From: Patescibacteria group bacterium
GTDB lineage: Bacteria; Patescibacteriota; WWE3; UBA101185; UBA10185
Direction of reading: 5' to 3'
Assembly (NCBI GenBank): GCA_016926555.1
Contig: JAFGOI010000004.1
Coordinates: 64,776-128,775 of the forward strand
DNA: 64,000 bases
Part shown: positions 29,427 through 38,999 of the stretch, one piece after another
Layout of the letters: each line of letters opens with the position of its first letter
Numbering within the stretch: position 1 is the stretch's first letter
Notes under the pieces: generated by a model
Told to the model about the DNA's origin: nothing
The model's database searches: none
Seen by the model: only the letters and a program-made list of their open reading frames with translations
Made by a program: the position numbers and the translations under genes

Positions 29427-29971
29427 TGCAATTAAAGGATAAGTACGAAAAAGAAATAGTGCCAAATAGTATGAAGGAGTTTAATCTGGACAACAGATTG
29501 GAGGTTCCGAAAATTAAGAAAATTGTTGTAAATGCGGGAATTGGTCCATTTCGGGAGAATAAAGAGGCGGTTGAATCCTTCGCGGATGAAATGAGTAATG
29601 TTGTGGGTCAGAGGATGTATCCTAGGAAGGCCCGATTATCAGAGGCGGGATTTAAAGTAAGAAAAGGAGATGTAGTGGGATATGCTGTAACATTGCGGGG
29701 TAAAAGATTGTGGGCGTTTTTGGAGAAGCTAGTTAAAGTTGCACTACCTAGGGTGCGGGATTTTAGAGGGTTGAGCATAAAAGCTTTTGATAAAAAGGGA
29801 AACTACTCGATTGGTATAAAGGAACATGTTATATTTCCTGAGGTTAATCCAAATACCGTCAAGGGAATTAGAAGTTTACAGATTACTTTAGTTATGGACA
29901 CGGATAATGTTGATTTGAGTAGGGCGCTCTTAGAGCAGCTTGGCGTACCGTTTTCAAGAGAGGATAAATAA
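29426..29971 (+). CDS. rplE: 50S ribosomal protein L5
   Basis: KIVVNAG, VTLRG, LPRVRDFRG, IFPE. Confidence 0.98.
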   Translation: MQLKDKYEKEIVPNSMKEFNLDNRLEVPKIKKIVVNAGIGPFRENKEAVESFADEMSNVVGQRMYPRKARLSEAGFKVRKGDVVGYAVTLRGKRLWAFLEKLVKVALPRVRDFRGLSIKAFDKKGNYSIGIKEHVIFPEVNPNTVKGIRSLQITLVMDTDNVDLSRALLEQLGVPFSREDK

Positions 29972-29972
29972 T

Positions 29973-30158
29973 ATGGCAAAAGAATCAATGAAAGCAAGAC
30001 ATAAAAAAGAAAAGAGATTTAAAGCAAGAGAATATAACCGATGTTCCCTTTGCGGGAATCCGAGGGGATATATTAGAAGATTTAAGGTATGTAGAAAATG
30101 TTTTAGGGAATTGGCTCTGAAAGGAGTTCTACCCGGTGTACGAAAGGCTAGCTGGTAA
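29973..30158 (+). CDS. rpsZ: 30S ribosomal protein S14, zinc-binding type Z
   Basis: MAKESM start at 29973; CSLC...CRKC; PGVRKASW. Confidence 0.96.
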   Translation: MAKESMKARHKKEKRFKAREYNRCSLCGNPRGYIRRFKVCRKCFRELALKGVLPGVRKASW

Positions 30159-30160
30159 TT

Positions 30161-30559
30161 ATGAGTATTGATTTGTTGTCAAATATGGTGAGTGCGTTGA
30201 AGAACGCTTCAAAAGTTGGAATAAATCACATTGAGATGCCACATTCGAAAATGTGTGAGGATGTTGCGAAAGTGCTAAAGCAAAAGGGGTTTTTGACTGG
30301 TGTTAAGGCTTTCAAAGTAACGGGAAAGTCGCATAAAAAACTTGGTTTGGATTTAACGTACAAAGATGGAAACTGCCTTATAAAAAATACTAAAAGGATC
30401 TCAAAGCCTGGAAGAAGAATTTACAGATCTGCAAACGAGTTGTGTTCAGTAAAGGGAGGAAAAGGGGTTTTAGTTGTTTCAACTTCAAGGGGGGTTATGG
30501 ATGGTTTTGATGCCCGTAAGAAGAAACTTGGGGGGGAACTTGTTTGTGAGGTTTATTAA
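30161..30559 (+). CDS. rpsH: 30S ribosomal protein S8
   Basis: ISKPGRRIY, STSRGVM, GGELVC. Confidence 0.97.
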   Translation: MSIDLLSNMVSALKNASKVGINHIEMPHSKMCEDVAKVLKQKGFLTGVKAFKVTGKSHKKLGLDLTYKDGNCLIKNTKRISKPGRRIYRSANELCSVKGGKGVLVVSTSRGVMDGFDARKKKLGGELVCEVY

Positions 30560-30561
30560 TT

Positions 30562-31110
30562 ATGTCGAGATTAGGGCTTAAACCAATTGTTATACCTGAG
30601 AATGTAAAAGTTGCTATTAACGGTAGTGAAGTTATGGTTGAGGGTCCCAAAGGATCTTTAGCATTGAGTGTGAGGCCAGAAATTGGTGTCGAAGTAGTAG
30701 AGGGAAGTGTAAAAACTTTTATAAAGCAGGAGACAAAAAAGACTTCTGGCTATTGGGGTTTAACTAGATCGTTGATAGCAAATATGGTTACGGGAGTTAT
30801 TGACGGATACGAGAAGAGGTTAGAACTTGTTGGTGTTGGCTATAGAGCTAAACAAGATAGTCCCGATAGTATTACTATAACGGCAGGATTTTCGCACCCC
30901 GTTGAATTTAAAATTCCTGAAGGTGTGAAAGTTACAGTTGTTGATAATCAACATATAACGGTTTCAGGTATTGATAAGCATTTGGTTGGTTTAACAGCTT
31001 CGAGAATTCGCAAGATAAGAAAACCCGAGCCATATAAGGGGAAAGGTATCCGTTATGAGGGCGAAGTTGTGAGAAGAAAACCGGGTAAGGCGGGTAAAGC
31101 CGTGGGATAA
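30562..31110 (+). CDS. rplF: 50S ribosomal protein L6
   Basis: [23 protein letters not shown]. Confidence 0.98.
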   Translation: MSRLGLKPIVIPENVKVAINGSEVMVEGPKGSLALSVRPEIGVEVVEGSVKTFIKQETKKTSGYWGLTRSLIANMVTGVIDGYEKRLELVGVGYRAKQDSPDSITITAGFSHPVEFKIPEGVKVTVVDNQHITVSGIDKHLVGLTASRIRKIRKPEPYKGKGIRYEGEVVRRKPGKAGKAVG

Positions 31111-31112
31111 TT

Positions 31113-31472
31113 ATGTATAAAGTAACATTGAGAAAAAATAATAGGGAAAAAAGAAAACTGAGAGTAAGGAAAAAGATTGTCGGTACTTCCGAAAGACCTA
31201 GACTCTCTATATTCAGATCTAATAAATACATATATTGTCAGTTAATTGATGATGTTGAAGGGATTACATTGACGAGTGTTAACAAGGAAGTGTCGGATTT
31301 GCATAAGGGTAAGAACAAAATTGAAGCAGCTTATGAGGTGGGAAAATTGATAGCTAAAAAAGCTTTAGAAAAGGGAATAAAACAAGTTGTGTTTGATAGG
31401 AATGGTTATAGATATCATGGTAGAGTAAAGAGTTTAGCGGATGGTGCTAGAGAAGGAGGAGTAGTTCTATGA
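31113..31472 (+). CDS. rplR: 50S ribosomal protein L18
   Basis: [24 protein letters not shown]. Confidence 0.98.
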   Translation: MYKVTLRKNNREKRKLRVRKKIVGTSERPRLSIFRSNKYIYCQLIDDVEGITLTSVNKEVSDLHKGKNKIEAAYEVGKLIAKKALEKGIKQVVFDRNGYRYHGRVKSLADGAREGGVVL

Positions 31473-31933
31473 GTGCAAGAGAGATATCGGTAGGTACAAA
31501 AATAAATGAGTTTGAGGAAAAAGTGTTGGAGATACGAAGGGTTTCAAAAAAGACAAAGGGGGGCAACCAAATAGGTTTTACTGCACTGGTTGTGGTTGGA
31601 AATAGAAATGGGGTGGTCGGCACCGGTTACGGTAAAGCTAAAAGTGTAGTCGATGCTATTAGTAAGGCTGTCTCACGGGCGAAAGAGAATGTTGTAGAAG
31701 TTTCCATAAATGATAATACTATTTCGAGAGACGTTAGTGCTAAGTATGGAGCTGCAGAAGTGATGCTAAAGCCCGCGTCAAAAGGTACCGGAATTATTGC
31801 TGGTGGATCTGTTAGAACGGTTGTTGAATTAGCCGGTATTAAAGATATTTCGTCAAAAATGTTGGGGACAAGCAATAAAATTGGAAATGTAAGGTGTACG
31901 ATAAAAGCATTGGAGAAACTAAGGAGTAAATAA
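31469..31933 (+). CDS. rpsE: 30S ribosomal protein S5
   Basis: [25 protein letters not shown]. Confidence 0.97.
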   Translation: MSAREISVGTKINEFEEKVLEIRRVSKKTKGGNQIGFTALVVVGNRNGVVGTGYGKAKSVVDAISKAVSRAKENVVEVSINDNTISRDVSAKYGAAEVMLKPASKGTGIIAGGSVRTVVELAGIKDISSKMLGTSNKIGNVRCTIKALEKLRSK

Positions 31934-32367
31934 TGAGTATACATAAGTATTTGACAAAAAAACTGCATGGTAAGAAGAAAAGGATCGGGCGAGGCTACGG
32001 TTCATGTAAGGGTGGCCATACAGTAGGGAGAGGAGCGAAAGGTCAAAAGGCTCGTTCTAAAGTTCCTTCTGGATTCGAGGGGGGGCAGATTCCTCTATAT
32101 AAGAAAATACCTCAAATCGGGGGATTTAGTAATCCTACAAGAAAGAGAATTGCAGCGGTAACAGTAGACAGATTGAATGCATTTGATGCTGGAAGCGAAG
32201 TTACACCGGATTTGCTTGTTGAGAAGGGTATCCTTAAAAAATTACCAAAGCACGGTGTGAAACTTCTCGCCAAGGGAAAACTAGAGAAAAAGATATCTCT
32301 TAAGGGATTTTCTTATTCTAAAGGCGCGGAAAAGCTTATTAAGGATTCAGGGTCAAAAGTGGTTTAA
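31933..32367 (+). CDS. rplO: 50S ribosomal protein L15
   Basis: RIGRGYGS, GRGAKGQKARS, FEGGQ. Confidence 0.97.
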   Translation: MSIHKYLTKKLHGKKKRIGRGYGSCKGGHTVGRGAKGQKARSKVPSGFEGGQIPLYKKIPQIGGFSNPTRKRIAAVTVDRLNAFDAGSEVTPDLLVEKGILKKLPKHGVKLLAKGKLEKKISLKGFSYSKGAEKLIKDSGSKVV

Positions 32368-32386
32368 AGTATATTGATACTAGAAT

Positions 32387-33646
32387 ATGATAAAGATTTT
32401 TAGATATCCTACATTGAGGAAAAAGATAATATTTAGTTTACTTATTATTATTGCCTTTAGATTATTAGCCCACATACCCGCGCCCGGTGTAGATCTTCCT
32501 GCTATAAGAGCGTTCTTGGAGAGAAGTGTGTTGTTCGGTATGTATGATCTTTTCAGCGGCGGTGGCTTCCAAAATTTTTCTATTGTTACGTTAGGTTTGG
32601 GACCATATATAAATGTTTCAATAATTATTCAGATGTTGACTTTTATGATACCTGCATTGGAAGAACTTCAAAAAGAAGGAGAATACGGACGGGAGAAAAT
32701 GAATACTTATACAAAGATATTTACATTACCGGTTGGTTTGTTGCAGGCTTATGGTATATACTTCTTGCTTAATAGACAGGGTGTAATTCCTCCTTTGAGT
32801 TTCTTTGAACTTAGTATCTTATTACTTACATTAACCGCAGGTACTATGTTGTTAGTTTGGATCGGAGATTTAGTTTCTGAGTATGGAATTGGTAATGGTA
32901 CGTCTCTTCTAATTTTTGTAGGAATTATAAGCAGGCTTCCTACAGCTATGCTTGGTTTTGTAACTGGAATCACGTCTGATAATCTGGTTAACATAATAGT
33001 GTTTGTTTTGCTCGCACTAGTAGTGATTGCTAGTGTTGTGGTGGTTAACGAAGGTACACGAAATATTACTATAGAATATGGCAGGCGTGGAACAAGATCA
33101 CAAAAAGTAACTAACTTTCTTCCTTTAAAAATTAACCAAGTGGGGGTAATTCCGATTATATTTGCCGTATCTATTGTCATGATACCTTCCCTAGTTAGTG
33201 GGCCTCTTATGGCAGTAGAGAATCCGTTTTTGCAGGGTGTGGGCGTTTTTTTGAACAATCAGTTTAACGGAAATGCGCTAACTTATAACTTGCTTTATTT
33301 TTTGCTAGTTGTCGGTTTTACCTATTTTTATACTTCAATTCAGTTTGATCCAGAGAAAATTGCCGATGACATTAAGAAAAGAGGAGGATTTATACCCGGG
33401 ATTCGTCCGGGCAGTGCCACGTCAAGATATCTTAAAAAGATAGTAACTAGAATTACACTTCCGGGGGCAGTATTTCTAGGAATTATTGCTATACTCCCAT
33501 TTTTGGTGCAGGCGTTTATAGGTGTCTCCAGTGCTATGACTATAGGCGGAACAGGATTGCTTATTACAGTTTCGGTTATTTTGGAAACAGTTAGGCAAAT
33601 TGACTCTCAGATGGTCACTCAGAGCTATGAGAGCTTTTTGAGGTAG
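32387..33646 (+). CDS. secY: Preprotein translocase subunit SecY
   Basis: GLGPYINVSII, GIGNGTSL, GVIPIIFA, FIPGIRPG, GGTGLLI. Confidence 0.98.
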   Translation: MIKIFRYPTLRKKIIFSLLIIIAFRLLAHIPAPGVDLPAIRAFLERSVLFGMYDLFSGGGFQNFSIVTLGLGPYINVSIIIQMLTFMIPALEELQKEGEYGREKMNTYTKIFTLPVGLLQAYGIYFLLNRQGVIPPLSFFELSILLLTLTAGTMLLVWIGDLVSEYGIGNGTSLLIFVGIISRLPTAMLGFVTGITSDNLVNIIVFVLLALVVIASVVVVNEGTRNITIEYGRRGTRSQKVTNFLPLKINQVGVIPIIFAVSIVMIPSLVSGPLMAVENPFLQGVGVFLNNQFNGNALTYNLLYFLLVVGFTYFYTSIQFDPEKIADDIKKRGGFIPGIRPGSATSRYLKKIVTRITLPGAVFLGIIAILPFLVQAFIGVSSAMTIGGTGLLITVSVILETVRQIDSQMVTQSYESFLR

Positions 33647-33655
33647 AATATATAT

Positions 33656-33922
33656 ATGTTTGATAAAATAAAGGACCTTAATAATTTTAGGAAAGCCCAG
33701 TCTGAAATAAAAAAACAACTTGAACAGATGTTTCATTCTGAGGAGAAAAGGGGGACAAAAGTGATTGTGAGAGGCGATAAAAGGATTGAAAAGATAGAAA
33801 TAGATGGGGAAGAGGATAAAGAGTTGAAAGATTTGATTAACGATGCAATGAAGAAAATGGATAAAAAAGCTGAAAAACAGCTCCGAGGAAAATTAAAAGG
33901 ATTAGGACTGCCCGATTTATGA
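33656..33922 (+). CDS. YbaB/EbfC-family nucleoid-associated protein (short)
   Basis: Helix, beta hairpin (VIVRGDKRIEKIEID), LINDAMKK helix, GLGLP tail; 88 aa. Confidence 0.7.
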   Translation: MFDKIKDLNNFRKAQSEIKKQLEQMFHSEEKRGTKVIVRGDKRIEKIEIDGEEDKELKDLINDAMKKMDKKAEKQLRGKLKGLGLPDL

Positions 33923-34539
33923 AGATTCTCGTCATGGGACCACAAGCTAGTGGTAAAGGAACCATCGGAAGAATGTTAAGTGAAAAACTTAAATTCCCCT
34001 TGATATCTATCGGAGATATTCTGCGCCACTTACCAAAAAGCCACCCAAGATACAAAGAAGTTAACGAGTTGATGGAGAAAGGTGAGTTAGCCCCGCAGGA
34101 TCTAATTGCTGAATTGCTCGAGTACAGGTTGGCACAAGCTGATTGTTACAAGGGTTATATACTTGATGGTTGGTATAGAGCTATGGAAAATGTAAGACTC
34201 TTGGATGTAGAACCGGATGTAGTTATAGTCTTAGAGATATCTGAGGAAACAACTATAAGAAGGATTAGTGGCCGTAGAACTTGCACGTCAGATGGAGAAA
34301 TTTATAACATCTATACTCTTCCGAAAGAAGAACTGGAGGAATGTGAAGGGGAATTAGTGCAAAGAGAGGATGATACCGAAGAGGCTGTTAAAAAAAGACT
34401 TAGTATATACAACACGGAAACCAAGGAAGTAGTAGAATACTTAAAGAACAGAGGAACTAACGTTAGAGAAGTGAATGCCGAGGGCCCGCCTGAGGAAGTA
34501 TTTGAAGCTGTTATGAAAGTTTTGAACCCTATTATATAA
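33919..34539 (+). CDS. adk: Adenylate kinase
   Basis: P-loop GPQASGKGT, GYILDG, RISGRR, QREDD. Confidence 0.92.
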   Translation: MKILVMGPQASGKGTIGRMLSEKLKFPLISIGDILRHLPKSHPRYKEVNELMEKGELAPQDLIAELLEYRLAQADCYKGYILDGWYRAMENVRLLDVEPDVVIVLEISEETTIRRISGRRTCTSDGEIYNIYTLPKEELEECEGELVQREDDTEEAVKKRLSIYNTETKEVVEYLKNRGTNVREVNAEGPPEEVFEAVMKVLNPII

Positions 34540-34547
34540 TTTGTTGG

Positions 34548-35516
34548 ATGAGTACCCTTACAGCATTGCCTTTGGAAAATGATATAAGTAGCCAGGAAGT
34601 TGGTGAAAACCCAATTGAGAAGTATCAGTTTATTTATCACTTTTTACCGCACCCTCACTATAAAAAAAGAGCGAGCTTGCTCTCGCACCATGCATTTGTG
34701 CTGTATTGCGGGTTAATGATTGTTTTTATGGGTGCGTTCAAAATAGTACCCAAGTTTTTCCCTGGAGTTTTAGGGTATGCCTCGGATATAACAGTCAATG
34801 AGCTGTTTAAATTGACCAATGAGAAGAGAGTGGGAGCCGGTTACCGCGAATTAAGGCTTAGTCCCGCGTTATCTAGGGCAGCGGAAAAAAAAGCAGTTAA
34901 TATGTTCGAAAAAGACTATTGGGCACATGTGGCCCCGGACGGAACAGAACCGTGGTCCTTTGTACTTGCCGAAGATTACGATTATCTATATGCAGGTGAA
35001 AACCTCGCAAAAAACTTTTACACATCTGAGGATGTTGTAGAAGCGTGGTTAAATTCACCTTCTCATCGGGACAATTTATTAAGCTCTAATTACGACGAAA
35101 TTGGTTTCGCGGTTGTTAACGGGGTTTTGGAAGGATATGAAACTACGTTGGTAGTTCAGTTTTTCGGAAAGTCCAGATTTCCTGCGCAGAAAGCATCAGT
35201 AGCTACAGAAGAGGCTTTGCTTGAAGAATATGAAACTGCGAATACATACAGCCCCACACCTCAAGTGGAAGCAAAACAAGTTGAGTATCCGGCGACAAAC
35301 ACGGAAGTTCTTCCATTAGTAGATGTATCTTATGCTGCCAAAGGTATTAGCATAAGTATCGCAGTATTTGTGAGCTTGTTGCTTATAGCTGATATTTGGT
35401 ACTCAAAGAAGAAAGGGATATTAAAGTTGAATGGGCATACTTTATCTCACTTGATTTTGTTGATAGCAGTAATTATTAGTGTTTGGTTTGTTCTTCAACC
35501 GGGAGTTATATTATGA
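34548..35516 (+). CDS. Membrane-anchored CAP/SCP (YkwD-like) domain protein
   Basis: YWAH, AGENLA, AWLNSPSHRDNLL, VVQFFG; N- and C-terminal TM segments. Confidence 0.85.
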   Translation: MSTLTALPLENDISSQEVGENPIEKYQFIYHFLPHPHYKKRASLLSHHAFVLYCGLMIVFMGAFKIVPKFFPGVLGYASDITVNELFKLTNEKRVGAGYRELRLSPALSRAAEKKAVNMFEKDYWAHVAPDGTEPWSFVLAEDYDYLYAGENLAKNFYTSEDVVEAWLNSPSHRDNLLSSNYDEIGFAVVNGVLEGYETTLVVQFFGKSRFPAQKASVATEEALLEEYETANTYSPTPQVEAKQVEYPATNTEVLPLVDVSYAAKGISISIAVFVSLLLIADIWYSKKKGILKLNGHTLSHLILLIAVIISVWFVLQPGVIL

Positions 35517-35770
35517 GCGAGCATGAAAGGCATAAAATTGAATATATAGTATTAGCGTCAATTATGCTTTTATTTCTCTATCTGTTCTTACACTTCAGAT
35601 ATGACAGAAGTATGTTAAAATTGTTATCCGGGTTTGTATCTGTTGTATACGTTTTCTGGGGAGTAATTCACCATAAGCTTGAGGGTAGATATACGAAATT
35701 GATACTACTTGAGTATTTTATGTACGGAACATTTGTTTTCTTGCTTTTAATGACTGCTCTAAGTATCTAA
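35513..35770 (+). CDS. Small membrane protein (about 3 TM), unknown function
   Basis: ATG overlapping the CAP gene stop; hydrophobic helices; YVFWGVIHH. Confidence 0.7.
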   Translation: MSEHERHKIEYIVLASIMLLFLYLFLHFRYDRSMLKLLSGFVSVVYVFWGVIHHKLEGRYTKLILLEYFMYGTFVFLLLMTALSI

Positions 35771-35774
35771 TATT

Positions 35775-36896
35775 ATGAAGTTCGTATTAGTTATTCCGAC
35801 TTATAATGAGGCGGAAAATATAGGAAAACTTATTGATGCTCTGTCTAGAGTATTCCAAGAGATGCCTGAGAGCGAGTTTGAAGTACTTGTTGTGGAAGGG
35901 AATTCTCCCGATGGCACCTCAGATGTAGTGAAGAAAAAGCAGAAAGAATATAAGTTTGTGCATTTGCTAATGGAGGAGGAAAAGGCTGGTTTAGGTGCAG
36001 CTTATATATATGGGTTTAAGTACGCAATGAAAAATCTTAATCCGGATGTGCTGATAGAAATGGATGCCGATTTCCAACACGATCCCAAAGATTTATGTAA
36101 GTTAGTTGAAGCTATGATGGAGGGCAATGACAGTGTAATAGGTTCCCGTTATATAAAGGGCGGAAGTATTCCGTCAGAGTGGGCATTTTATAGAAAGTTT
36201 TTTAGTGTTGTAGGCAATTGGGTTGTGAAAATAATATTGGGGATATACGACGTGAATGATTTCACAACGGGTTTTAAGGCAACAAGAGTAAAAGGACTTT
36301 TGGATAAAATAAACCTCGATACAGTGTTGTCTTCTGGATTCTCATACAAAATTGATCTTCTTTACAAATTGCGCAAAATGGGCGCAAAAATAAAGGAGGT
36401 TCCCATAAAATTCGGATTACGCAATAGAGGCGACTCGAAAATGGAGCAGGATAACGCAATAGATACACTGCGTATTATTTTGTATTTGAGATATAAAGAC
36501 AGTGAGTCTTTTATCAGATTTTGTGTTGTAGGTTTTGTAGGTTTCTTCACGGATATGGGAATAGCTAATGTTTTATATTCGTTCTCATTTTTTCCCCCAA
36601 ACGTTTCAGCTACAACTTCTGCATTAATTGCTACATTTGTCACGTACTACTTAAATAATATGTGGTCCTTTTCGGATAGAAAGATAGTGGATTTCAGGAA
36701 GACGCTTAAGAGTTTGGTTGTATACTATGTTTCATCATCTGTCCCTATAATATTCAGATTCTGGTTTGTTGCGTATATTACAGGTCAGTTCGCCGACAAT
36801 TTCGCTTTATACAATTTCTCGATTCTTGTGAGTATAATTATTGGACTTGTGTGGAACTACACCATTTATAGTAAAATTATATGGCGTCGTAGTTGA
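35775..36896 (+). CDS. GT2 polyprenol-phosphate sugar synthase (DPM1/Ppm1-like) fused to a GtrA-like TM domain
   Basis: IPTYNEAENI, SPDGT, GLGAAY, MDADFQHDP, GSRY; C-terminal RFCVVG...NNMWSF...WNY GtrA pattern. Confidence 0.85.
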   Translation: MKFVLVIPTYNEAENIGKLIDALSRVFQEMPESEFEVLVVEGNSPDGTSDVVKKKQKEYKFVHLLMEEEKAGLGAAYIYGFKYAMKNLNPDVLIEMDADFQHDPKDLCKLVEAMMEGNDSVIGSRYIKGGSIPSEWAFYRKFFSVVGNWVVKIILGIYDVNDFTTGFKATRVKGLLDKINLDTVLSSGFSYKIDLLYKLRKMGAKIKEVPIKFGLRNRGDSKMEQDNAIDTLRIILYLRYKDSESFIRFCVVGFVGFFTDMGIANVLYSFSFFPPNVSATTSALIATFVTYYLNNMWSFSDRKIVDFRKTLKSLVVYYVSSSVPIIFRFWFVAYITGQFADNFALYNFSILVSIIIGLVWNYTIYSKIIWRRS

Positions 36897-36901
36897 AAAT
36901 T

Positions 36902-37663
36902 ATGGAATACTCAATTGTTATACCAGCTTATAATGAAGCTGACAGAATAGCTGCTACTATTACTCAGATAACCACATTCATGCGGACTTTTTCTGATGCG
37001 TATGAGGTTATAGTTGTGGATGACGGCAGTGTAGATAATACGGCTGATATTGTAGAAGATTATAGTAGAGAAAATCGGGATGTTAAAGTAATAAGAAACC
37101 CCCATAAAGGCAAAGGACCCTCTGTGTGGAAGGGTGTGATGTCATCAAGCGGAAAGTATATATACATGTGTGATACCGATTTAGCCGCGCCCATTTCCGA
37201 GCTCAAAAAGTTATCAGTGTGGTTGATAGATCAGGACTATGACATAGTAATCGCGTCGAGAGAAGGGGTAGGTGCTGAGAGAATTGGAGAGCCCTTTTAT
37301 AGGCACTTAATGGGCAGAGTTTTTAATTATGTAGTTCAATTACTTGCACTACCCGGTATAAAAGATAGTCAGTGCGGCTTCAAACTTTTTAAAGCAGAAG
37401 TGGCCATGGATATATTCTCACGATTAAAAATATATGGGGATAACGCCCCTTTACAAAAGAAGGCTTATCTAGGAGCTTTTGATGTCGAGGTTTTATATTT
37501 GGCTAAAAAGATGGGTTTGAGAGTTAAAGCGGTTCCTGTAACTTGGACTTATGTAAAAACAACTAGGCTAAACCCGATTTTGGATTCCATTAAGATGCCT
37601 TTAGATGTGCTTAAAATTAGAGTCAATGACTTAAAGGGTTTATATAATACTGCTCCGAAGTAG
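36902..37663 (+). CDS. GT2, dolichyl/polyprenyl-phosphate glucosyltransferase (ALG5-like)
   Basis: IPAYNEADRI, DDGSVD, GKG, DTD, DSQCGFKLF, FDVEVL. Confidence 0.85.
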   Translation: MEYSIVIPAYNEADRIAATITQITTFMRTFSDAYEVIVVDDGSVDNTADIVEDYSRENRDVKVIRNPHKGKGPSVWKGVMSSSGKYIYMCDTDLAAPISELKKLSVWLIDQDYDIVIASREGVGAERIGEPFYRHLMGRVFNYVVQLLALPGIKDSQCGFKLFKAEVAMDIFSRLKIYGDNAPLQKKAYLGAFDVEVLYLAKKMGLRVKAVPVTWTYVKTTRLNPILDSIKMPLDVLKIRVNDLKGLYNTAPK

Positions 37664-37715
37664 TTAATTTTAGTTTAAACAGATAGTAAGTATTACTCAA
37701 AAGTTTTATTAGGTG

Positions 37716-38960
37716 ATGGAGAATAACAGTAAAAAGAATGTACTAATTTTCATACCTGAATTTCCCGGGTTATCTGAGACCTTTATTGAAAGAGAGGTGG
37801 CAAAACTCGTTGAATGGGGGAACATGAATATACAAGTGTATTCCCTTAAAAGGGGAGCAGGAGCCACGTCTGAGAAAGTTATAGAAAAAATCAGGTATCA
37901 CCGTCTAAATATATCTAATTTATTGTTTCTTCCGGTTTTTTTGTTATTTAGGCTGGGAAAAGTTCGCGAGGCTTATAAACTAGTTAAAATAAATCCCAAT
38001 AGGAAATTTATGGGCAACTTGTTTTTGTTTATCAAAGCTCTTGGATATGCCCGACTTTTTAAAAGTTTTAAACCTGATGTTATATATGCGAATTTTATGT
38101 CTGAACCCTCTACAATCTGTTTGATTGCGAGTGAGGTGCTTGGTACTGATTTTGCGATTTCCGCACATGCAAAAGATGTATTAGTCACAGAGCACACAAA
38201 AGTTGATGAAAATGCGGAGTTGGTAGCAAATAAAGTTAAGAAAGCTAAGTTTGTTTCTATATGCAATAAGTATGCTTACGAGGCTGCATTAAGGCAAAGT
38301 GATAAAGAAGATCATAAAAAAGTACATTTGATTTATCATGGGTTGGATTTTAAAAGTATAGAGAACTTTAAGTCTGGAGATTTAGAAAAACCGGATGTAT
38401 CTATGATTTTTACTAATGGGCGCTTCGTGGAGAAGAAAGGGCATAAATATCTAATTGAGGCTTCAAGGATTTTAAAGGATAGAGGATTTTCTCATGTAGT
38501 GTATTTATTAGGGGCTCCGGGGAGTTACTATCAGGAAACTGTTGACTATATAGAAAAGTTGGACGTAGTCTCTACAGTGAAAGTAATCGGAGAGGGAGAA
38601 GGGTTGCCTTTTGAGAAGGTAGTGGCTTACTACCGAATTGCGGATGTATTTGCTTATCCTTCCATAAATACTGAAATTGGGGATGCGGATGGTATAGCTA
38701 ACACACTTATTGAAGCCTGCGCTTTTAGGCTACCTATAGTCACGACAGATGCTGGGAGCATCTCCGAGCTTATAAAAAATGAGGAAACCGGTTTAGTAGT
38801 CCCCCAGGAAAATTCGTATGAGTTAGCTAATGCGTTAGAAAAACTAATTGTGGACAAAGAGTATGCCGCTAATCTAGCTAACAATGCCTATGAAAAAGCG
38901 GTTTCTATGTTTGATATCAATAGGAATGTTGGGGAAGTACAAAGGCTACTAATTTCCTAG
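37716..38960 (+). CDS. GT4 glycosyltransferase (WcaL-like)
   Basis: SETFIERE, SAHAKD, GRFVEKKGHKYL, DGIANTLIEA. Confidence 0.85.
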   Translation: MENNSKKNVLIFIPEFPGLSETFIEREVAKLVEWGNMNIQVYSLKRGAGATSEKVIEKIRYHRLNISNLLFLPVFLLFRLGKVREAYKLVKINPNRKFMGNLFLFIKALGYARLFKSFKPDVIYANFMSEPSTICLIASEVLGTDFAISAHAKDVLVTEHTKVDENAELVANKVKKAKFVSICNKYAYEAALRQSDKEDHKKVHLIYHGLDFKSIENFKSGDLEKPDVSMIFTNGRFVEKKGHKYLIEASRILKDRGFSHVVYLLGAPGSYYQETVDYIEKLDVVSTVKVIGEGEGLPFEKVVAYYRIADVFAYPSINTEIGDADGIANTLIEACAFRLPIVTTDAGSISELIKNEETGLVVPQENSYELANALEKLIVDKEYAANLANNAYEKAVSMFDINRNVGEVQRLLIS

Positions 38961-38999
38961 ATTTATAAACGTTACTAATATAATGTAAAATGATTGTGT

